Positions 57,028-64,000 of a stretch of DNA of 64,000 bases are shown piece after piece. This DNA is from a virus: the IMG/VR virus record IMGVR_UViG_3300046477_000491, positions 12,754 to 76,753 of that record. One strand, given 5' to 3'. Both the position numbers and the translations under genes were made by a program. Within the stretch, counting starts at the first letter, position 1; every line of letters starts with the position of its first letter. The notes under the pieces are model-generated. The model worked only from the letters and a program-made list of their open reading frames with translations. It was not told the DNA's origin and searched no databases.

Positions 57028-57819
57028 TTACTGCGGGGGCTGGACGAGGCTCTTCGGGAAGAGGCCGGGCTGGGTGACTCGGGGCTTGCGGGCCGGGGCC
57101 GGACCACCCTTCGACGGTGCGGCCTTGGCGGCCTGGCCGAACTGCTGCTGGGAGCGGACCGGGGCGACCTCGCTCGGGCCGAACAGGCCCCGCTGGGTGA
57201 CGCGCTGCGGCTTCTGGGCGGCCGGGGCCGCCGAGGTATTAAGCGGGGCTGCGGGAGCGGCCGAGGTGCCTTCCGGCTTGGGCCGGATACCGATCTTGCG
57301 GGCACCGCGCGAGCCGTCGGGGTTGTAGGTCGGGTAGGTGCGGATCTGGTGGCCCTGGCCGTGGTCACGCCACTCGGCCTGGCCGCCGGGCGTCGGGGAC
57401 GGGCTGGCAGTCGAGTGGGCGCCCGCACCGAAGGTGTCGTTGTACGCGGCCCAGCCGCCGGATGCGGACGGCTTCTGCTGCGCCTGGATGGAGTTCATGC
57501 GCTGGTTGAAGGTGTGCAGCAGGTCGGTCGCGGCGGTGGAGTGCTCCGCGTGCCAGCCGTAGGAGTCCGAGACGTGGTCCTCGCCGACGCGCTTGATCTC
57601 CTCGCGGGCGGCCGGGGACGCCTGCGGGGCGGCGGCCTTGCTCTTCTGGCCCTTGACGCGGATCTTGATGCGGGCGTTGGCAGGCTGCTGGCCCTGCTTG
57701 GCGTTCTCCAGGTCGCCCAGGCGCTCCTCGACGGAACGGTGGGAGCCGGGGAACTGGAGCGGGGAGAGCCAGCGCTCCTTGAACTTGCTGGTGATCGCGT
57801 GGATGCCTTCGACGCTCAT
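57028..57819 (-). CDS. Low-complexity Q/A/P-rich protein
   Basis: Repeated RVTQ.GLF; coupled start. Confidence 0.6.
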   Translation of the reverse strand: MSVEGIHAITSKFKERWLSPLQFPGSHRSVEERLGDLENAKQGQQPANARIKIRVKGQKSKAAAPQASPAAREEIKRVGEDHVSDSYGWHAEHSTAATDLLHTFNQRMNSIQAQQKPSASGGWAAYNDTFGAGAHSTASPSPTPGGQAEWRDHGQGHQIRTYPTYNPDGSRGARKIGIRPKPEGTSAAPAAPLNTSAAPAAQKPQRVTQRGLFGPSEVAPVRSQQQFGQAAKAAPSKGGPAPARKPRVTQPGLFPKSLVQPPQ

Positions 57820-58106
57820 GGTCGTGTGTCCCTTCGGACGAAGTAGAGGTAGCGGTGCGCGGCGAGGAGGGAGAGGAGGAAGCCGACGTTGATCCAGGAC
57901 CGGTTGGAGGAGGGGGAGGTCCAGAAGATGGCGCAGAAGACGGCGATGTTGGCGCTGTAGAGGAAGAGGGCTGCGGACAGCCACTTCTCTGCGGCGCCGA
58001 GCTGGCGCCAGACGGGGATGGTGGCCCGCAGGAGCAGGGCCGAGAACGCGGCGCCGACGGCCGCGTTGAGGATGCGGGTGATGGTGATCACCAGGGCGAC
58101 GGTCAC
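57816..58106 (-). CDS. Three-TM membrane protein
   Basis: Three hydrophobic helices; GTGA-coupled. Confidence 0.65.
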   Translation of the reverse strand: MTVALVITITRILNAAVGAAFSALLLRATIPVWRQLGAAEKWLSAALFLYSANIAVFCAIFWTSPSSNRSWINVGFLLSLLAAHRYLYFVRRDTRP

Positions 58107-58597
58107 AGGATCTCCATGTGTGGTCTCGTGTCTTCTTCGCGTAGTGCTCGCTGCCGCTCCACCTCGCCGACCAGTTCGGACCAGGGGGTGACGCTCTCCT
58201 GGTAGTCCGGCCGGAACTTGGGGTTGGAGTAGTTCGGGTGCAGGTAGTTCAGGACACCGATGCCGTTCGCCATGAGGTAGGCGGCGACCTGGGGGTTGGG
58301 CTCGATGACCAGCTCGACGTTGCATCCGGCCTGCCGCAGCCGGGAGATCTGCTGGAGCCTGCGCTGGCCTTCGTCCTCGGGGTCCAGGACGTTGGCGGTG
58401 ATCAGGTAGGGGTGTTTGTTGAAGCCGTTGACGCGCAGCCAGTGCTGGACCGGTGCGGCGTCGGTGTCGTCGGTGACCAGGGCGACCTTGTAGGTCTCCA
58501 TCAGGCCCCAGTACAGGCGCTGGCCCTGGTGGATGACCGCGTCTCCGACTTCGCGCTGGAGGACGCCCTCGATGACGATGGCGACGGTTGCAGTCAT
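58103..58597 (-). CDS. HAD-fold-like protein with degenerate motif I
   Basis: VAIVIEGVL, VALVT, WL..NGF and LVIEPNP. Confidence 0.55.
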   Translation of the reverse strand: MTATVAIVIEGVLQREVGDAVIHQGQRLYWGLMETYKVALVTDDTDAAPVQHWLRVNGFNKHPYLITANVLDPEDEGQRRLQQISRLRQAGCNVELVIEPNPQVAAYLMANGIGVLNYLHPNYSNPKFRPDYQESVTPWSELVGEVERQRALREEDTRPHMEIL

Positions 58598-58604
58598 GGC
58601 GCCG

Positions 58605-59438
58605 TCACCCGTGATCGTGCTCGTGGAGACCGGTGCGGTGCGCGGTCTCGTGGGCGTTGAAGGCGTGCTGCGGGTTCATGTTCGGGCTGTAGCCGTGGTG
58701 CTCGGCCAGGTGCGCGACGATGTCCTCGGGCGCCGTCTTCTTCTTGATCTTCGGCAATGTCTCGGCCTTGAACTGGTCCAGGTTGAGCACGTGCGCGCCG
58801 ACGTGGGTGTCTCCCCGGCCGCGCGCTTCGGCGAGCCGGTGGTGCGCGTCGGCGACGTACGGTGTCCCGTTCTGGACGAGGACCTTGACGTGCGGGTGGT
58901 CGGGGTCGAGCGGGCCGGTGATGTACGAGTGGGAGCCGGTCTCGAACGCGGTCTGGCCGGTGTGCAGCGGCGAGCTGGTGCTGATGCTGGTGACCTTGGC
59001 GTGCTTGTTCCAGAACGCTTCGTTGCTGTCGCTCATCTGCGGGCCGTGCTTGACGTACCAGCGGTCACCGATCTTGGGGTCGACGATGTTGCCGTGGCCG
59101 TCCAGGTGCCCGAACTGCTGCGGGTTGTGCGGCGGGCCCATGACCATCTGCCCCTCGGCCTGGGGGTAGTTGGTGCGCTCCTCGTCGTGGATGAGGTCGT
59201 GGTCGCGGGGACTGCCGATGGCGGTGACCTTGGTGTGCATCCCGCCCGGGTGGGGAGCGGGATGCGGGATATTAAGTTTCCCTGGCGTGTAGTCCGTCTG
59301 AAGGTGCAGCGGAGTGTCACGCGTCAGGTGGTACTTGGCGCGCAGCGCGGTCTGCTTCTGGTTCTGTGGGGACACGCGGCTGCCGAGCGGGACCGGCAGG
59401 GCGGTCTGCTCGAACTGTGGCCCGAGGGGGTTGGCCAT
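58605..59438 (-). CDS. Protein with a ParB/Srx-like domain
   Basis: PHVKVLVQNGTPYVADAHHRLAEARGRG resembles the ParB DGHHR motif. Confidence 0.6.
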   Translation of the reverse strand: MANPLGPQFEQTALPVPLGSRVSPQNQKQTALRAKYHLTRDTPLHLQTDYTPGKLNIPHPAPHPGGMHTKVTAIGSPRDHDLIHDEERTNYPQAEGQMVMGPPHNPQQFGHLDGHGNIVDPKIGDRWYVKHGPQMSDSNEAFWNKHAKVTSISTSSPLHTGQTAFETGSHSYITGPLDPDHPHVKVLVQNGTPYVADAHHRLAEARGRGDTHVGAHVLNLDQFKAETLPKIKKKTAPEDIVAHLAEHHGYSPNMNPQHAFNAHETAHRTGLHEHDHG

Positions 59439-60430
59439 TACGACCTCCGGTAGGGGGTGTTCCAAAGAGCCGCCTTCGCGAGTGCGGTGGCGGCGTCATC
59501 GAGCGGAGCCCCGTAGAGGTCGGTCTCCTGCGCCTTGTGGGCCTCGACGTCCGCTGTGGCCAGGGAGTTGAGTGCCTGGACCGTGCCTGCCTGCTTGTGT
59601 GCCTGCCAGCGGAAGTTGTAGTAGTCGCCGTAGCCGGATCCCCCGGGGCCGAATGCCTGCTTGCGGCCGAGGTGGATGTCGTCGAAGAGGGCCTTGGCCT
59701 GCTCGACGACGATCTTCTGGGAGGCGAGGGAGTTGTGCCATACGGCGGAGTTGGGTGAGGCACTGGAGGCGGCCGAGCGCAGGTGGTTGTAGCGCTCGAC
59801 GAGGGTGCGGGCGTGGTCTTCCTCGCGCTGCACGGCGCCCCACCAGTGCTTCGGGTACAGGCTGTGGGGGTCTGCGGGCAGGGACGGAGGCCGGATGTCC
59901 CAGCGGTCGCGGGTGAGGTTGTAGGCGGCGTACGGATTGATGGCCGCGATGGACTGCGACGTCGTACCCGGGTTCAGGTAGTAGGTGACCTCGTATACCT
60001 GGCCGTGGAAATCAGTGGTCGCGGTGCGCGGCCACAGGTTCTTCTTCAGTTCCGAGTTCATGAGGTCGGAGAATTCCGCCTCGGAGATGCCCTGGTAGGT
60101 CGGGTTCATCTCGTAGAACTTCGGGAAGTCAATTCCGAAGAGTACGTCGAGGTCGCCGTTTCCCCGGTCCCCGGCCCACTGGAAAGAGATTCCGGACCCG
60201 GCGAGCCAGGCGGCCAGCCAGATGCGTACGCCCTGGTAGTGGCCGTCGAGGTAGGTATTAAGGACGCCGAGGATGTGGTCGCGGACGTCCGGCTTGATGT
60301 GGTCGCCGTCGAAGATGTGCGGGTCGAGCCCTGCCTGGGGTGCGCTGAAATACCCGGAGGCGCCCGAGTGAATGTCGGGCTGCTGTCCCTGGGTTATTGC
60401 TCGATTGAGGTAGAACTCGTATCCGGCCAT
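59438..60430 (-). CDS. Pol-beta-fold nucleotidyltransferase-like protein
   Basis: WLAGSG.S.QW...GDLDVLFGID, EVTYY and AAYNL..DRW. Confidence 0.7.
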   Translation of the reverse strand: MAGYEFYLNRAITQGQQPDIHSGASGYFSAPQAGLDPHIFDGDHIKPDVRDHILGVLNTYLDGHYQGVRIWLAAWLAGSGISFQWAGDRGNGDLDVLFGIDFPKFYEMNPTYQGISEAEFSDLMNSELKKNLWPRTATTDFHGQVYEVTYYLNPGTTSQSIAAINPYAAYNLTRDRWDIRPPSLPADPHSLYPKHWWGAVQREEDHARTLVERYNHLRSAASSASPNSAVWHNSLASQKIVVEQAKALFDDIHLGRKQAFGPGGSGYGDYYNFRWQAHKQAGTVQALNSLATADVEAHKAQETDLYGAPLDDAATALAKAALWNTPYRRS

Positions 60431-60519
60431 GGTTTCGATTCTAGCTGGAATAGGGAAAGCCCCCAGAATCCGATCCGATATGGAGGGAGACTGGGGGCTT
60501 TATAGTTGCTACTTTCCCG

Positions 60520-60912
60520 TCAGAGTTTCAGTCGGGATCGCAGCGCGGCTTCCTGCTGCTGCTGTTGCATGGCCTGGCCCATCATCATCATGGCCTGCTG
60601 GGTCCGGGAGGCCGTCTCCATGACTTCCAGGTCCTTGAGCACGACGGAGGCCGCACCGTAGATGTCGTCAGGGGTGGCGCCACGCCGGGGGACGAACTGC
60701 TGGGTGAGGTCGGAGGTGGCCACGACCGCTCCGTCCAGGCCGACGGCGACGAGGAACGCCGTGGTGACGGGGGTACCGACCTCGTCCTCGGAGGGAGGGT
60801 TCTCCTCGGCCATCTTGGCCAGAGCCTCGCGCTGCTCGGGGGTGAGGTCTTCGGTATTAAGCCCCTTGTCGGCGGTGGGGGTCGTCTGGCCGAGGATCGG
60901 GATGTTGGGCAT
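60520..60912 (-). CDS. Hypothetical protein
   Basis: ORF track; RBS GGAG. Confidence 0.65.
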   Translation of the reverse strand: MPNIPILGQTTPTADKGLNTEDLTPEQREALAKMAEENPPSEDEVGTPVTTAFLVAVGLDGAVVATSDLTQQFVPRRGATPDDIYGAASVVLKDLEVMETASRTQQAMMMMGQAMQQQQQEAALRSRLKL

Positions 60913-60941
60913 GCAGTGCTCCAGGTGTGGTTCGGGTGGGG

Positions 60942-61427
60942 TTACTTGTAGAGTCCGGCCTTCTCGCGGGCCGACTGGACCACGAGGGAGTGGACGGGGC
61001 AGAACTCGCAGAGGTAGCGGTCCTGGGCCGACTTGTAGCGCGGGAGACCGGCGGCCTTGCGCTCGGCTGCGGTGTCCGGCGTGAGCCGCTTGGAGGCGGT
61101 CTTGTAGTCGTTGCAGCCGGGGTTGCGCAGGTGCTTGGCCCAGCAGGCGTGGGCGTCTTCCTGGAAGGTGTTCTTGGCCTCGTAGAACGAGGGGTCGAAT
61201 CCGGTGTGCCCGGTGGTCTCGCGGATCTTGGCGATGATCGAGTCGCGGGTGCTCGGGGAGTCCCAGTGCTTCTTCTCCACGCGCAGCATCGGGTGTGCGA
61301 TGTGGTTGGGGTGCTTCTGGACCAGGGCTTCGAGGAGCCAGTCCCGGCTCGGGTCGCCCTCGTAGTCGGGCAGTTCCTCCAGGGATCCGCAGGTCTTACA
61401 GAGCAGGAGCCGTACGTGCTCGGACAT
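60942..61427 (-). CDS. Cys-rich hypothetical protein
   Basis: CKTC, C...H...C and LCEFCP. Confidence 0.7.
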   Translation of the reverse strand: MSEHVRLLLCKTCGSLEELPDYEGDPSRDWLLEALVQKHPNHIAHPMLRVEKKHWDSPSTRDSIIAKIRETTGHTGFDPSFYEAKNTFQEDAHACWAKHLRNPGCNDYKTASKRLTPDTAAERKAAGLPRYKSAQDRYLCEFCPVHSLVVQSAREKAGLYK

Positions 61428-61467
61428 GTTGTCCTTCCTCGGGGGGCTGTTCAGGGACCAAACATAG

Positions 61468-61504
61468 CATCCCCATTACGCCTTGGGAAGACGTAATGGG
61501 GATG
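61468..61504. terminator. Hairpin containing the operator palindrome
   Basis: CATCCCCATTACGCCTT-GGG-AAGACGTAATGGGGATG. Confidence 0.7.
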
Positions 61505-61521
61505 GCGTAGTCGGGAAGGGG

Positions 61522-62502
61522 TTACTTGCCGGTGGCCAGGTAACGGCCGAGCAGCACGTAGGAGTCACCGGCCGTGGCACCGAGGACGGCGACCTTCTTG
61601 CCGGAGACGGCCACCGTGCCGGACTTGGCGTGCGCGTAGCCCAGCGCGGTGTTGGCCGGACCGCCGACCGCGACGACGACGTCACCGGCAGCCAGAGCGG
61701 CCTTGGCCACGTCCACACGGCCGGTGGCGACAGCACCCTTCGGCTGGAACGCATCGGTCGCCGCCGCAGCGGTCATGGAGTCGATGTTCTCGCCGAAGAT
61801 CACCATCGTGTACGCCTTCGCAGGGGTTGGAGCAGGAGCGGGAGCGGGGGTCGGCTTGGGCGCCGGGGCGGGGGCCGGAGTCGGCTTGACGACAGCCTTG
61901 GCCGGGATGGCCAGGGCCTTCCAGGTATTAAGGTCGCCGTTCAGCAGGTTCTGGTCTAGGCCGCCGACGATGCCGTACTGGTGCAGGGTCCACGTCGCCC
62001 AGCCAGCGGTGAGCGGGTGCCCGGCCGGGTTGTTCGGGTCGGCCACCCACAGCGGGTAGGACCGCAGTTCGGTCTTCTGCGCCTCCGTGGCCACACCGAG
62101 CAGGCCGGTGAGGTACGAGGTGTACGTGTACAGCAGCGGAGACGCCTTCGTCTGCGCCTTCACGTACTTCAGCCACGCCAGGGCGTAGTGCAGCCGCTGG
62201 CTCCAGGAGCCCTCGGACGCTTCCAGGTCGAGGACCAGGACCTCGCCGACCTGCGCGCCAGCGGCGGACAGGAAGTGCTTGGCCTCGGTCACCGCGTCCT
62301 GGGTCGGGTGGGCGAAGTGGTAGTGGCCCAGGGGCTTCTTCGCCGCCCGGACCGCCTTGACGATGCTCGCGTGCTTCGCGTCGCCCGTGTGCTCGCCCTC
62401 GGACGCCTTCGCGATGATGAAGGCGTTGTTCTTGCTGGCGATGGCCGACGCGATGTGCGCGGCGTCGTTGTTGTTGGAAAGGTCGACTCCGTGGAGGGAC
62501 AC
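61522..62502 (-). CDS. Endolysin, GH25 muramidase with a C-terminal putative cell-wall-binding domain
   Basis: GVDLS, KASEG, GHYHFA, LDLE, LWVA, LHQY and LDQN; PA/PT linker; VAVGG. Confidence 0.9.
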   Translation of the reverse strand: MSLHGVDLSNNNDAAHIASAIASKNNAFIIAKASEGEHTGDAKHASIVKAVRAAKKPLGHYHFAHPTQDAVTEAKHFLSAAGAQVGEVLVLDLEASEGSWSQRLHYALAWLKYVKAQTKASPLLYTYTSYLTGLLGVATEAQKTELRSYPLWVADPNNPAGHPLTAGWATWTLHQYGIVGGLDQNLLNGDLNTWKALAIPAKAVVKPTPAPAPAPKPTPAPAPAPTPAKAYTMVIFGENIDSMTAAAATDAFQPKGAVATGRVDVAKAALAAGDVVVAVGGPANTALGYAHAKSGTVAVSGKKVAVLGATAGDSYVLLGRYLATGK

Positions 62503-62503
62503 G

Positions 62504-62752
62504 TCAGAATCCTGCCTGCGCGGGTGGGGTCGGAATGAAGTTGGGGGTACGGACAGCACGGCCGTCGGGACGGACCTTCTCCGGCTTCTCGTGAATGCCG
62601 AACCAGACGTCGTTGAGGTCCCCACGAACGTGCGCGGTCTCGCTGTGCGTGACGCCGAGGCCGCCCCGGTCCATGACGACCTTCTTGTATCGCCCGTCAG
62701 TGGCGCCCTCGTTCAGTTCCGCGTTCATCGAACGCGAGGGGGCGTAAGCCAT
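62504..62752 (-). CDS. Hypothetical protein
   Basis: Coupled ORF. Confidence 0.6.
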   Translation of the reverse strand: MAYAPSRSMNAELNEGATDGRYKKVVMDRGGLGVTHSETAHVRGDLNDVWFGIHEKPEKVRPDGRAVRTPNFIPTPPAQAGF

Positions 62753-62916
62753 TACTTCGCTCGCTTTCCGTTGCCGTTAGCGCCACGGCGGTCGTTGAAG
62801 ATTGCCAGCGGCTTCGCGGATCCGGTAGAACCATCCGAAACCGTGCGCTTGCTGTTGTCGGACATACCCGGTCGCCGCTTGTCGTCAGCGCGGTGCGGCT
62901 TTCTGTGCTTGGACAT
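62752..62916 (-). CDS. 54-aa basic protein (not in the ORF track)
   Basis: MSKHRKPHRADDKRRPG...; TAATG coupling at both ends. Confidence 0.55.
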   Translation of the reverse strand: MSKHRKPHRADDKRRPGMSDNSKRTVSDGSTGSAKPLAIFNDRRGANGNGKRAK

Positions 62917-63215
62917 TAAGAGCCCCCATTGGTGGACCTCGAACTACCAGAGTATCCGCCCTGACTTCCCGTATAGAAGTTCGTCGAGGGCGAGGGATAC
63001 ACCTGGTCTACCTGGAGCACGTCCTCAATTCCGAGGGCCGTGTCTCTGTATCCGAACCTCGGAGGGAAAAGAGGCCGGACGACCGGGGGCGGTGCGCTCT
63101 GGAGTGCAATCACATCGCCCGGAATGTTGGCTACGCCGAGCGCATCCGTGAGAATCCGCTCAGGGAGGGAAGCCCACGGATGCGTCCGGTCGTATACGGA
63201 ATCCGCATTCTGCAT
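62916..63215 (-). CDS. Hypothetical protein
   Basis: ORF track. Confidence 0.6.
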   Translation of the reverse strand: MQNADSVYDRTHPWASLPERILTDALGVANIPGDVIALQSAPPPVVRPLFPPRFGYRDTALGIEDVLQVDQVYPSPSTNFYTGSQGGYSGSSRSTNGGS

Positions 63216-63218
63216 GAT

Positions 63219-64000
63219 TTAGAACAGCCTCGGGTGTGCGGTCGCCCGCAGCGATTCAGCACTGGCCATGAACTGCTGAGACCGGCCGGTGTTGCCCTGG
63301 GCGTGAATGGCCGGGGTCGCAGGCTGCTGGGCCTTCTGGTGCGCCTCGAATTCCTTGTCCTTGCCCGGGGCCTCCCGGCGCATCTCCACCCACGGCATGG
63401 CCTGCGCGGCGGTCGAGGGGTAGTCGTACGGCGTGTCCAGGTGCTTCTGAACGTGCTGGGCCGCCATGCGCGTGATCTTGTCGTACTCGGCGTGGCCCAG
63501 ACCGACGGAGGTGACCTTCGCCGACTCCGGGCGCTTGCGGTTGACGACCGGCTCGCCACCCTTGAACGACGCCTCCTCGTGGTTCCACTCGCCGCCGGAG
63601 TTCTTGCCCTGCCAGTAGCCCAACTTCTCCGAGCCGCCCGCCTTTCGGACGTTCGTCGACCGGCCGACGTTGACGTTGGCCTGGTTGTGCATCTCGGCCT
63701 GCGCCCAGGAGTCCTGCACCGTGGGGTGCTGGCTGGACAGGACCGCCAGGCGCCGGGTGTGCGGGTCAGGGTTGTCCGGGTGGGACAACGCCATCGCGGT
63801 CGCCGGGTGCGCATCCCGCATCCGCACGCTCTTGCCGACGTCGGCCGAGTGGTCCGGGCCGCCGAATTCCGCGATGTGCCGGGCGTGCGCGGCCGTCATC
63901 TGGAACCGGTCGTCGTGGGTGTTGTGGAAGTCCAGCGGGACGTCGTGCCGGGAGGGCAGGTACTTCTGCTCCTCGTGCTCGGCCGGGGACAGACCGACCG
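63219..64000 (-). CDS. Partial hypothetical protein, likely starting beyond the window
   Basis: Frame stays open to the window edge. Confidence 0.6.
   Translation of the reverse strand, partial: VGLSPAEHEEQKYLPSRHDVPLDFHNTHDDRFQMTAAHARHIAEFGGPDHSADVGKSVRMRDAHPATAMALSHPDNPDPHTRRLAVLSSQHPTVQDSWAQAEMHNQANVNVGRSTNVRKAGGSEKLGYWQGKNSGGEWNHEEASFKGGEPVVNRKRPESAKVTSVGLGHAEYDKITRMAAQHVQKHLDTPYDYPSTAAQAMPWVEMRREAPGKDKEFEAHQKAQQPATPAIHAQGNTGRSQQFMASAESLRATAHPRLF

Noticed and set aside
57816-58106. Holin call
   Set aside because: It has three TM helices but is not adjacent to the endolysin and has no specific signature; left as a membrane protein.
62911-62920. ACATTAAG as a 9-mer variant
   Set aside because: Explained by a TAATG stop/start overlap.
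330-63814. Many long plus-strand and alternate-frame ORFs in the track (e.g. 11489-13129, 32090-34192, 46046-48007)
   Set aside because: They are antisense or frame shadows of well-supported genes in high-GC DNA and have no recognisable motifs.

Overview
The whole 64 kb is high-GC (about 68-70% by eye) actinobacterial phage or prophage DNA, probably infecting Streptomyces given its XRE/DUF5753-DUF397 pair, Lsr2-like gene and DUF2637-like gene. It encodes a contractile-tailed virion and is transcribed mostly from the minus strand. Layout: 1-13.1 kb head/tail morphogenesis (tube, sheath, neck, N4-gp56-type capsid, scaffold, portal, collagen-like fibre, TerL); 14.4-18 kb divergent tyrosine and large serine recombinases; 20-31 kb regulators, nucleotide enzymes and four tRNAs flanking a c-di-AMP-riboswitch-led LysM-NlpC/P60 gene; 31.8-35.8 kb an RNA-repair cluster (Pnk, Rnl1, nucleotidyltransferase); 36-55 kb many small early-type genes, of which 43-55 kb is built as promoter/conserved-leader cassettes next to a ~1 kb non-coding gap; 55-64 kb a TGT/DpdA-like fusion, HAD-like, ParB-like and nucleotidyltransferase genes and a GH25 endolysin. 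Three cis-acting sequence systems stand out. (i) An AT-rich 9-mer, CTTAATACC, occurs at least 18 times, always on the coding strand and read as Leu-Asn-Thr. (ii) An operator-like ATTACG(G/T)CTT half-site occurs as inverted pairs or 14-bp-period arrays over sigma70-type promoters. (iii) A conserved leader, CAACCGCCCCGCAACAGGAGG, precedes early genes. All family assignments come from motif recognition by eye; no database searches were run.
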